A program made the position numbers and the translations under genes. A stretch of 63,187 nucleotides of DNA, counting the filler. It is 25 parts of 25 records of this genome, joined end to end, with 100 filler letters (N's around TTAATTAATTAA, not from the genome) between each part and the next. Parts side by side here need not be neighbours in the genome. Positions count along the whole stretch, not along the records: positions 44,041 to 46,154 come from SRR16133337_55718; positions 46,255 to 50,461 come from SRR16133337_55845; positions 50,562 to 53,022 come from SRR16133337_56330; positions 53,123 to 56,656 come from SRR16133337_56455; positions 56,757 to 58,794 come from SRR16133337_56473; 20 more parts are not named here. One strand, written 5' to 3'. This document shows positions 45,056 to 57,026 of the stretch, in pieces; position 1 is the first letter of the stretch; each line of letters begins with the position of its first letter. The notes under the pieces were generated by a model. That model did no database searches. It saw only the letters and a program-made list of their open reading frames with translations, and was not told where the DNA came from.

Positions 45056-46069
45056 CTACTGCCTGTGTTCCAAAATTAAATAAAATTGCAAACCGAAAAG
45101 GATTGCTCCTGATAACAAATGTATCGTTTGTGTTCCAAAAGGAAAATTACTGTAAAACATTAAGATTCCTGAAAGGATCTCTAAGGTTAACAAACCTAAA
45201 ACCCATTTTGGAATTTTGAAATTTAGCTTTAAAGTTTTGTTTTTATAAAAAATTAAAAGATTTATGAAAACAAGGGCAATTGTAAAAGAACGATGGATGT
45301 AAAATTTGACATTGGGTTCGTACAAGCTCATTTGTTTATTTTCAAATCCGAATAACTTGACTTGCTCGTCTACAAATTGTCGTATCTGTGTTCCGAGTGC
45401 AATTTGTAGTATGGAAAAAATTGCAGAAACAATCAGTAAGGTATTGAAAGTAGAACTGAATTTACGCTCTCTAATATTCTTTTTAGAAATGAGGTATCGC
45501 AATTTTAAGAGCAAAGCTATGATAAGCAAGCCTAAGACCATATGAATTGTAATCACAGAAGGTTTTAAGGCAGAATCGATTACTGTTTTTCCTAACCAAG
45601 CTTCAAAAAGCATTAAAAAGAAAGCAGTAAAGGCTAAACAGGTAATTGTTTTGTTTTCTTTCCAGAATTTTAAAGAAAAAATGATTAAAATAAAGAAGAA
45701 AATTCCCGATACAACAGAGGCTAAACGATTGATGTATTCTGTCCAAGTATGGTATACATTAAAAAGAGCATAGTCATGTTTGGTGTATTTAGACCAATTA
45801 CTTTTATTGAATTTAGTAGAGGTATTTATTGGAGTATTGGCAACATAAAGTGCTTCGTCAATAATAAGGATCGTACCCTTGTTATAATAGGTTTGCGGTT
45901 TCCAAATCAATTGTTCTTTATCTGTAGGAGGGATGTAATATCCAAAACATTTTGGCCAATCTGGACAACCCATACCTGAACCCGTCATTCGAACTACAGA
46001 GCCCGCCAAAAAAATAACGTAGACAGAAATAAGGGTCATTTTTACAAGGAGTTTAAAGTGTATTTTCAC
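45056..46069 (-). CDS. ctaA: Heme A synthase (COX15/CtaA family)
   Basis: GSVVRMTGSGMGCPDWPKCFG, TWTEYINR, conserved His in ITIHM, YIHRS and TIHL; multiple TM helices. Confidence 0.92.
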   Translation of the reverse strand: MKIHFKLLVKMTLISVYVIFLAGSVVRMTGSGMGCPDWPKCFGYYIPPTDKEQLIWKPQTYYNKGTILIIDEALYVANTPINTSTKFNKSNWSKYTKHDYALFNVYHTWTEYINRLASVVSGIFFFILIIFSLKFWKENKTITCLAFTAFFLMLFEAWLGKTVIDSALKPSVITIHMVLGLLIIALLLKLRYLISKKNIRERKFSSTFNTLLIVSAIFSILQIALGTQIRQFVDEQVKLFGFENKQMSLYEPNVKFYIHRSFTIALVFINLLIFYKNKTLKLNFKIPKWVLGLLTLEILSGILMFYSNFPFGTQTIHLLSGAILFGLQFYLILEHRQ

Positions 46070-46120
46070 AAGAACTTTATTTTGTGTTGCGTGATTTGTT
46101 TTAGCAAAAATACATTAATA

Positions 46121-46154
46121 TATACTCCACCCACTTAGAAACCCGAATTTTTAG
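46121..46154 (+). mobile_element. MITE terminal repeat at the contig end
   Basis: TATACTCCACCCACTTAGAAACCCGAATTTTTAG. Confidence 0.8.
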
Positions 46155-49035
46155 NNNNNNNNNNNNNNNNNNNNNNNNNNNNNNNNNNNNNNNNNNNNTT
46201 AATTAATTAANNNNNNNNNNNNNNNNNNNNNNNNNNNNNNNNNNNNNNNNNNNNGTAAAAAACAATGTAGACCCTGCCAAAATAAACTCTTTCATTGTAT
46301 CACTTTTATACAATCTTATCAAATTCATATACTTTTCAAAGAACAGCATGTACCGCGTGGACTTCATTTTTAGTTATTTCTCGTCAGTTCTATTATGAAA
46401 TATGGAGGTCTGGAAAAATAAAAATGGGTGTATTTTTTTTTTTGAAAAAACAAATAAAAATAAATTCACATCCATTTTTACAAAAATATATTTTTCGTTT
46501 CAACACACAATTTTTTTTATTATGTGTTACATCAAAAATGTGTATGTCATAGAAAATCCTTCAGGTAGGTTGTGTATCTTTTAAGTACTCGGAATATTTG
46601 TTCGTACTACTGAAGTCTTGTAGATTTGAAGTATACGGTGTAGCTAAAATGGTTGGACTCCTGGGAATGCGCAAATGTAGAGATGGTATGTACTTTTTTT
46701 AGTGCTTATAATTCAAATTTGGTATTTTTGTTGATTTCTATCATCATACACAAGGAACTAAGTGGTGTTGTTCGTAGCTTACAAAAGATCTAGCGGTGCG
46801 TGTGTGAGTGGAGTGCTCGGACGGGAAAGTACAAGAAAAACATGTGAGTAAACCACCACGCTCTCATGCTCCACTCTCCACTCACTCCGAAAATTGAAAA
46901 TTCGCAATGTAAACCCTACACACACATTAAAAGTTTGGAAAGTTAGATTTTGTTTTTGCTTTTCAGTGCAATAATATTTGTCATTTTTCTGAGATGAAAT
47001 AGCTACTTTTTTCACATTTTTTTAGTAAATCCATGTTGTTAATATTTTTTGGAAATTTGTCGCTTTCGTCATATTTATCATCATTTTTAATGAATAATGG
47101 GTGTGGTGTGGGTGAGGATGTCTGAAATTCATTTCACTTTTCATCTCTTGTGTAGGTGAAAATCTGCGACAAAATATTAGGGTCAAAGTAACACCAATTG
47201 AAAAGTAACCCACACCCGCCTCCTCAAGGCTTGGTACATTTTGAGCGCGATAGCTTCTAACTTGTGTTATCATTTTCAAAGCTTTCGCAAAATGTTGTCT
47301 TTGTCTAGATATTCAGAGCCAGTGTTCACACTGCGAAAAAAAGTAAAATTTTAGAATGTTACAAACAAGAAAATATAACATATTTGTGCATATCCAGAAC
47401 ACCAGGAAATCGATCGTTGTTTCGTGTTTATTTAGAGGTTTTGATGGTGTGAGACGGCATAATCGCGCGGGATTACGTAGTGGAAGTAAAAATATCGATT
47501 TTGGAAACTGAGTCGTATCAGTGCACACGCGAAGAATATCATGACATTCCAGTGGGCCTTTGTGGTATGTGTTTTTAGGAATAGAACAAAAATTGGGACA
47601 ATATTTCTTTTCAAAGAGTTGACAGTAATTGAATACTCGAACATAATTGAGGCTATTTATTACATTTAACGGGCTTGTGTAATTCGTTGTAATTTCTCCA
47701 TTTATGATGTATGTACTGACACAAAAATCGATTTTTTCGCTAGGAATTGTGTTGTAAATTGAACTCATTTCTTGCACTTGCATGAATGTTAGAGTTTATT
47801 GTTTTTCGTGTTTCAGTACAATTCAAAACAAGCCGAATTTGAAATTTAATAATACTGATTGTTTGATATCATTTAGAATCAATTATTTCTTGATATCAAA
47901 ATCAAACATAAATTGTCGTTAGTCATCAATTTTTCGTGTTAAGCGAGTTAAATTTCGATGAATTATCGCGCGGCATATCGCGAAATATACTAATTTTAAT
48001 GCATTTTGAACACCACATTTCGCAACAATGACGTGTTAAAAAAATGGCAGTAGGCAATTCCATTATTCTACCCACGCTGAAGAAAATACAAAGAAACTTC
48101 AAACTACACACATTTGATGATAATTATGCATTTTGCATTTTTTTTTATGTATACATGAATTATCATAACATATTTAATATCATTTTATCCACTTTATTCA
48201 ACATTTTCCAAATTACTTTCAGTTTGAATAACTCTTCTCTGATTAAACATTGGGATTTGTCGTGAAACAAATCGTTCGTTGGATGGTGCACTGTAACTCA
48301 ACTGAGAAAAATAGTTTGTTCTTGCGCCAGTTGGACTTATCCTAAACAAAACAAAAAAATAACAAAAATTGTGAGGCTTATGTAATATGCCAAGATCTAC
48401 TAAAAAATGTATCTTGGATTTCCTAAAAAACATGTTCAGTATGATGCTCACTGAGCTTTTCATCACGATATTTTATGTTTTTATGTGTGAAATATGGAAC
48501 GGATTTCCGGGAAAATAAGGATTCTCGCGCGGTATTTCTTCAGAAAATATGACTCTTTTTTTAAAAAAGCGAATCTTGGTATATGTTGAAAAGGCGTATG
48601 TAATTTTACAACAACGCCAAAAACATCATCTAAGAACCGTGGTTATTTAAAATGTATTTTTTCTAAAGTAAATGTGCGATAATTCAAAATTCAATTTAAT
48701 TTTTAATTAAAAGTGAAAACATAATTTTGATTTCACAGATCTCGAATATTCGCGATTATTTAACTTGATATGATATGTTTCTGACAAAACGCGTGTTTCA
48801 TTTCTGAGAAAAAAGAAAGGAAAAAAAAGGAAAACAAATGCGCGGTATATCGCGAAATTCGTAATTTTAAGTCGCGTGATATTTCAAATAGTGTTAGAAT
48901 TGCGGGAAGTGGGCTGATGGGGCCGGTTTTATGTATTTTAAAATCATATGATGTATGTCACGCTCACTCTGCAAAACCACATCTTTTTAGAAACTAACTT
49001 TTTCCTAAAAAAGTTGTGTTTTTTGATGCGAATTC

Positions 49036-49224
49036 TTACCAAAAATCAGTAGAAGCGTTGTTTTTATGCTTGAATTCGTATGCAAGTACACCTGTACCAA
49101 TTACCATACATCCGATTGTGACATGCGCTTCAGCATTGGCCGGTACTCGGTTATATTTGCCGCTCTTGAAAATTGATTTTTCAATTTGAGAACCGAATTT
49201 TGAAAGTGCTTGTCTTACTTGCAT
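49036..49224 (-). CDS. Possible small single-TM eukaryotic protein
   Basis: ATG-to-stop 62 aa with a basic N-terminus and one hydrophobic stretch (VTIGCMVIGTGVLAY). Confidence 0.3.
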   Translation of the reverse strand: MQVRQALSKFGSQIEKSIFKSGKYNRVPANAEAHVTIGCMVIGTGVLAYEFKHKNNASTDFW

Positions 49225-52200
49225 GTTTGTAAAGATTGTGGTGATGAGTCTTTAACTCTAAATGACAAAGAAAGCAAAAAGTTATTAAATGATGTGTTTT
49301 CTTTCAACATGTTGGATAAAACGTTGTTGTTTTGTACAACATCTGTTGAACTACGTAGACACAACACATGTCCAACAAAAATATCAATTTTCTCGACCTT
49401 TGAAAATACGCATTGTCAATTTTTCGATATTGTTTTTAACAAGGAAAGGAAATGCGACAAGTCGAACTAAAAAATACATATTTCAATATTTTAAAATTCC
49501 AAGGAACATGTCTGATTTCGTCAGTTTTTTTTGGCATGAAGTTATTCACCCCACTCCCCAACTACCCACTCCACACTCCACACCCAGATTGTTTCAAGAA
49601 ATGAATTATTTCACTTTAAATGATACGATTTTTGAAGGCTGTTTGTTTAGAAAAAATTCATCTCGCCGCTTTTTGGTTCATTTCACCATAAGACGGTGCT
49701 CAGGAGTGAAAAACAACATGGTTCAAATAAAGTGAAAATTGAGGCAAAAAATGAGGCGAAAATAGAAATAGGTCATTTTGTACATTCCCACTCTGGTCTA
49801 TAACACAATCTTTGCTCGCTCTTGAGAGCACAAAGAGCGTCTTATCTCACCACAAATATCTGAAAACCCACAAAGAGTCGAGTTTAAAATTTATAATTTG
49901 TGGAAAACAATGAGACACACAGTGAAACACCCCCGCTGACTCATCGGAATGAAATTCTGTGTTCCGGAGAGGTTCCATCCCGTGAAAAACAAAATCTCAA
50001 GAAAAGTATAAGAGATTTGTGCTTTGGTTGGGCGCGCGCGACTTACTTGAAATGTCAAATGAACGAATAAGTGTGTTCTGTGTAGCGTTTGTAGCAGCGA
50101 GAGACGAATAGCTTGTTGTAGTTTTGGTTGTGTGCGATGCGTGGATTTGTCACGGCGTGCGCGCGGCTGAAATTAGAAATTCTCCATATATTTGTCATAT
50201 TTATGAACTCGGACTTTTCACCAAAATTTGAATTTTTAGACTGAAGTCAAATCTTATGTCTTCTCATCGCGTGTATGAGATCTTTTTGGTTTCTGGAAAA
50301 CGAAAGATAAATATGAATATTTCACTATTATATTTTTCAGAAATTTTCAATGACCCTTGCCCACCAACAGTTGTTCAGAATGCGCGCGTCGTGTTTTTTT
50401 GAAGTTTGCAGGAATTGTGGTGTTTCCAAGGATCGTGCGATTATTCGCACGAATATTCGTTNNNNNNNNNNNNNNNNNNNNNNNNNNNNNNNNNNNNNNN
50501 NNNNNTTAATTAATTAANNNNNNNNNNNNNNNNNNNNNNNNNNNNNNNNNNNNNNNNNNNNACATGCAAAACGTAGTTGCCGGCCTACACCAAACATAAT
50601 TTTTCATACGTTTAAGTGAATAGTTCAAAACCACAATTGATTATTTCTTCGCAGCAATACTAATTATCGTTACACAACCCGATTAAAGTAATAAAACTGT
50701 GAATTTTTGCTGGAACTTTAGTGTTTCTACCATGATTTCCCAAAACTTCTCCAACTTTGAAAAAAAGTTACAAAAAGTTTAGGGGACCCCATGACTCGGA
50801 ATTTTCCTCATTTCTCTAAGCCGAGTGAATTTTGTTTAGTTTCTGCAACAGAAAATGAAAAACATGATTTTTTGAGTGGATGTTAGTTTCAATGAAAAAA
50901 ATTAATTTCTGAATTTTGTAACTATGATGACCGTCTGTATTTCATTGATGTGTCCGCATGTGTCTGTTTTGGTGTTGTTAGGGGGTATTAATTGTTTCAA
51001 TATTTAGCGGATGCCCACCTGGTCGTCATATCGAATTTGATAGGAGAAAAAGTACGGCTGGTAAAAGAATAGAATGTGAAAACAATCAAGATATTCCATG
51101 TTTTTATGTCGAAGATCTTTTTACGCCAGTCATATCTCTTGTTGACGATTTAACTGGAGAAAAAGAAATATTTGAGAATTATTATTATTTCGAAATTATC
51201 GGTGGGGGACCTACGCACACGGACGTACAGTACTTTACAACAAAAGAAAAAGTAAGCCATTTATTTTTTTGTGTAAAACAAAAAGCAAAATGGACACTCT
51301 GCTATTTTCATGGAGAAAATCATCATTTTTGTTTATTTTTTGTGCTGAAAAGACATTACTTTATTGTTTTTTTACAAAAATACAACCAATAAATAATGAA
51401 AAATGAGACGTCACAATACGACATTACTTAATTTTCATGTCATGTGCCTAACCTAACTCTGGGGTCCAATTTTTTCAAACTTAAGAAAAAATTCATTATA
51501 ATTCAAACGACATTGGGTGAATTTTTTAATGAGGAGGCGAGGACTTTTTGCCATACAAACTTAGGATATATTATATTTCATTTTTGTTTGTTATTTTGTT
51601 AAACAAACAAAAAATAAAGGCCCAAGTTTTTCCTTAAGCTGAAACCGATTTGTTTCCACGCGACTGTACGCAAAATAGAAATGTACGTATTTTTTTTGAA
51701 TATATGTTCTTACTTAAAAGTGAATTGACTTGAAGTCAACAATGTGTTTTGGTTATATATATTTTTAGCCAAATTTGAATACTTGAGACGCAAATTTGAG
51801 CATTAATGTATCTTGAGAAAAGCTTTTAAATTAAAGAGCGTTGCTGTGGGGGGGTTGTTGATGGGAAAAGGAAATGGTCAAAAAAAGTGCAACAAAATCG
51901 ATTTGTATGTCTAAGTTTTGCCATATCTTCTGTGTAACGTTCTTAGCAAGATTTTAACACGGGCGGTAGTGCAATTTGGGCTCTTTTGGCAGATTTTGAT
52001 CAGAGTGAGATTATTAAAGGAAAGCGAGCACAAGTCATTAAACATGGAATACCAATCGAGTGAGTATTATCAAAATCGTAAGAAAACACAAAAACATACC
52101 ACATGAAGTAGTATCGCATCAAACATTTTCTCTTTTTTTTGTGAAACATTTTTTCTCAAAAAGTTATTATAAAAAATGGAAGTCCTGTGTTTCATTTACT

Positions 52201-53122
52201 TTTTGTGAAATTGTCAAATTCAAGGAAACCTGTTTTTCAGTTTGAACCCCAGAACTCCCTCCCCCATTTGACAAACAAACAAACTAAACGCGTGAGGGTC
52301 GAAAGGTTTAGCAAGTTTACTCAACTACACTTTAAGTCACCTCACTTTGCCTCGTATTTCTTTCGGTTTTCGAAAATATATCCACTCCTCCGTGGATGGG
52401 TGAAGATGGGGAAGTGGAGGAGTGGGGTCTTTTTTGATTTGTAAGAGGACGCGCACACGCACTACAACTCACATTCCACTACCGTTGAAGTTTTTTGGTC
52501 GTTTTGAAATAAAACAGTGGCGTTTTGGAGAAAACTTTATGAGGTATTGTTTTTTCCTAAAAACGACTATTTTCAAACAGAGGGGATTTTCTACAGAGGG
52601 TGGTGGGTGGTTTTTGGTGGATCCTCCCCCCTACCTTGTCCTTTTTCCAGCGATAAGCATATGCAAAATAGTTTTTTTAGGTATTGATTTTTTGTTTTGT
52701 TTAGTTGGATTTGTAATGAAGGGTCCCCATGTTCAGGGGTAATTCCTCGTGATGGTGCTTCGCCAAACTATTTCTTTATTGTTCGCGTTTCAACTGGAAA
52801 TGTAACGGTTAATCAATCAACTTTTTGCGATTATTCGACTGAATTTCTCATTCAACTTCAAGGGTTACAAATAAGCACTTATCTTGTTATTTATTGCGCT
52901 GCGAGCAGTTGTGGTATTGTTATGATATTTATTCTGTGTACATATGTACGATTTATGTGAGTATACAGAGAAAAGTGGAGTAAGATCCCATATACACACT
53001 CACTTCACAAAAAACAATGCAGNNNNNNNNNNNNNNNNNNNNNNNNNNNNNNNNNNNNNNNNNNNNTTAATTAATTAANNNNNNNNNNNNNNNNNNNNNN
53101 NNNNNNNNNNNNNNNNNNNNNN

Positions 53123-56100
53123 GACCTGTCAGGCTAATTTAACATATTTAAATAAGCAAATTACTGTAAATGCTTTAATAGACACAGGGAATAGCATACC
53201 CTGCGGAGCTGCCATTGGAGAGAAGGTGGCTAGAGAGTTAAATATTACTGTAGACCCTACGCACCAGATTATTCGCACAGCTAAGCAAGGTAGTGAAATG
53301 ACCGTGTCAGGAAGGGTAAAAACTCTACAACTCACTTTTCAGGGGCACCCTGAGGTTATAATCCTAAAAGACGTACTGGTCATACCGACATTAGAGGGAG
53401 ATATTAACCTGGGTGCAGCTTTTCTGAAGGATAATGACTGTACTATTGCTTGGAGGAATGGCTCCAGCCACTTACAGTTAGGGAAGCAGCCTAGAAAACC
53501 TATCCAGTTTCAGAACAATTGCTCAGACCCAGGTATAGAGGAAAAAAGGGAGTTGCACAGTTTATTAGTGCTAGCCTCAAAGGAGGAGGGGCTGATAAAC
53601 GTGTCTATCAACAAAGATGTAGAGTTAGAAAGATTAACTGGATACAGAGTTACTCTTATGACTACGAATCTACCTGAGGGGTCCAGCATTTATGTACCTA
53701 CTGGGATACAGGTAAACAACCTAGATGTAATGGACGGTATTTTTAGAATTACCAAGAAAGATTCCCACCAAAAATTCACTTTGCTCTTCCTCAATAATAC
53801 TGAGGAAAAGCAAGTGCTAAAAAAGGGGAAAAATGTCTTTCAAGTGTACACGTGTTCAGACCAAGGGATTAGATTGAAACCTCCAGTAAACAGTCCAGAA
53901 ATAGTGGGATCCATTAATAAGATATCAGGTAAAACTGTGACATTGCATGAGAAAGAAAAGGAGATACTGAACGAGCTGAAGATAGAGAGCAATGAGTATT
54001 TAAATCAAAACCCAGATATAAAACACAAGGCCACAGCTCTGATACTAAAGTATGCTGATGTATTTACCCCATCCTCTGAAAATAAGGTAGGTGTTACAGA
54101 ATTACTGGATCTCAAATTAAGGATGAAACCTGGCCCTGTCATTAGACAAAAGGTTAGGCCTATGAATCCTAAAATGAAAGAATCAGCAGATCAACAGATT
54201 CAAGATTGGCTTAAGGATGGGGTTATTAGCCCTTCAGTGTCAGAATACAGTTCTCCTTTGGTACCTGTTAAGAAAAAGGACGGATCCATTAGGTGGTGTG
54301 TAGATTTTAGACAGGTAAATGATAGGATTGAACATGACAGCTTTCCAATACCCAAAATTGAAGAATTAGTTCAAGGAGCCGCAGGCTATAAACTATATTC
54401 AGCTTTGGATTGTTTTGCTGCTTATAATCATATAAGAGTACACAAGGACAGCAAGAAATATACCGCGTTCAGTACCCCTGATGGACACTATGAGTTTGAC
54501 AGAATGCCTTTTGGGTTAAAACCAGCTGTATCCGTGTTCAGCAGGTTTATAGTAATGGCCATGTCCGGAGTAAGCCCTGAGCACATTAAGAAATACCTGG
54601 ATGACATGTTGACCCATACAAATGACCCAATGAAACATTTAGAAGTACTGGAAGAACTGTTCCAGAGACACCAGGAGGTGGGATTGAAGCTAAAACCTTC
54701 AAAAACACTGCTGTTTCAGACTAAAGTAGATTACCTGGGTCACCAACTCAGCCAGGACGGTATAGCCATGGTACCAGAGTACCTGGACAAGATACTAAAT
54801 TGGCCAGATCCTACTAACAAGAAAGCTTTAAACCACATGTTGGGTATGTTTGGTTATTATAGAGCATTTATACCAAAATTTGCATACTTAACCAAGGACA
54901 TGAACAGTATGAAATCAGAGAAAGCTACGTTTACTTGGACTAGCCAGATGAGCCAACAGCTGGCTGAGTTAAAGGAGGCTTTTCGGAAAAGTCAAGTGAG
55001 AACTTTCCCAGATTATAAGTCAGGAAAGCCTTTTATACTCACCATAGACTTTTCTTGCGAAGCAATTGGAGTGACTCTGTCACAAGAGCAAAATGGAGAA
55101 ATCAAATTAATAGCTGCAGCTGGCAGAAAGACTACTGAAGGTGAGAAGAATTACTCCTCTTGGAAAGGAGAGTATGCAGCCTTGGTCTATGGAATTAGAA
55201 AATTTGAACATATTCTCTCCTTTGCTGCGTTTGAAGTAAAAACAGACAGTTCAACTTTGACTCATAGGGCAAAGATAAAACCAACCACAGGTATATTAGC
55301 TAGATGGATGGAATATCTGGCAGGTTTTGAGTTTAAGGTAACACATATTTCAGGTAAATCAAACGTGGTAGCAGATGCTATATCAAGAACACCGGAGCAT
55401 TTGGATAAACCTTCTCAGGAGGAGGAGGAGGAATCTGCTGAGTATGCTATCCACCAGCTGGAAATGTCAGGGATCAAGGATAGACCCAGCAGCTATGTGT
55501 TAAACTTGACGAAATTCACAGGTAAACAGCTGGAACGGGCCCAGAAAAGGGATATGATCCTGAGTCAGGTTTATCAATGGATACAAGATCCAACTACTAG
55601 AGAACACAGAAGAAGGGCAAATGGGTTACACCAAGATCTTCAATTTTACAGAAGATTATTACCTTCAATCAGCTTGGTAACAACGGCAGAATCAGTCCAA
55701 GTTTTAGGGCAGGTTTACAAAACCTGGCTGGGAGAAACCAGAATCAGATTATTGATCCCAGAGGAGCTAAGACAAGAAGTATTCCAGGCCACCCATCAGC
55801 ATTCTGGTTCAGGGCATTGGGACCTGGATACTGCTGTAAACCGAGCCAGAAATTACTTTGTCTATCCAGGTATGAGAACAGACATGGCTGCCAGATATAT
55901 GGTATGCCAAACATGCTTACAGAGAAAGAAGAACCCTAGCCTGAAGCAGAGAGGGTATTACCCAGAGAGGGCTGCATATGCCATGCAGAGGCTGTACATA
56001 GACTTGTATGGCCCGCTTCCAGAAATGCCTAGACACTACTGGAACTCCACTAGAACTGAAGGCAAAGGAGGGATATCTGACACAGAAACTTACAAGTACA

Positions 56101-56656
56101 TACTGAGCATTGAAGATAGCTGGTCCAGGTTTGTATCTTTAGTACCGATTCCAGATAAAAGTGCTGTTACAGTAGCTTCTTGCCTGAATGATAATTTCTT
56201 AGGTACATTTGGTATGCCTGCTGAGCTGTACTCAGACCAAGGTAAGGAATTCTGTAACCAGGTATTTGCAGAGCTCGAGATACTAGGCAAATATAAACAT
56301 ATTTTCTCTATTGCCTACAACCCACAGGCAAATAAAGTGGAAAGGTTTCACAGAAACTTAACCTGTTTGCTTACTATAGAACTGGAGAGGGAAGATACAA
56401 ATTGGATAGCTAAGCTACCTGCAATACAGATGGCTTACAATTCAAAAGTACACCGGTCAACTGGGGTGACCCCAGCTTTAGCATTTTTAGGTAGAGAATT
56501 GAAGATCCCCTTGGCTTTGATTGCACCTGTCCCTGGCAGAGGTTCAGAGACTAGCTGGATAGGTCAACTCAAAGACAGGTATAACAAGATATTTGCTAAG
56601 ATGTACCAACACCAGACTGCTCAGCACCTATCAGATGCCAAGATGTACTCTAATGC
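53123..56656 (+). mobile_element. Ty3/Gypsy LTR retrotransposon internal region
   Basis: Domain order PR-RT-RH-IN. LTRs are not in the contig. Confidence 0.92.
53124..56656 (+). CDS. Ty3/Gypsy pol polyprotein (protease, RT, RNase H, integrase), both ends cut
   Basis: Frame open from 53124: ALIDTGN protease; SPLVPVKKKDG..CVDFR, MPFGL, YLDD RT; LTIDFS, NVVADAISR RNase H; H..H..CQTC zinc finger; IED..SDQGKEF..VERFH integrase core. Confidence 0.96.
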
Positions 56657-57026
56657 NNNNNNNNNNNNNNNNNNNNNNNNNNNNNNNNNNNNNNNNNNNN
56701 TTAATTAATTAANNNNNNNNNNNNNNNNNNNNNNNNNNNNNNNNNNNNNNNNNNNNGATTTTGGTTCAAGTGTTTTGTGAAAATTTTCATGTTGGCAAGA
56801 TAAATAATTTTATTAGCCTTCACAATGATGGCGCATTTGTAAACCAAAACCGGACAACACGGAAATCAAACGAATGTGCATATTATTGAGTAAAATAAAC
56901 TCACACAACGATTTTTCTGACAAAAATGCCCTTTTCTAGCAAAACCAAAATCTCTACATTGCAGGAGTGTCGCATTCGACAAAATTTATTGATGACGTCC
57001 ACTCTAAATGTTCTAGTTGCACATAC

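Noticed and set aside
1-46154. The ~30-bp bacterial repeat as a CRISPR repeat
   Set aside because: Copies are dispersed, occur in both orientations and have no regular spacers; no cas genes are present.
460-56290. Short ORFs antisense to or overlapping known genes (e.g. 460, 1697, 21207, 29940-31032, 38598, 45306, 56090)
   Set aside because: Shadow frames of well-supported genes.
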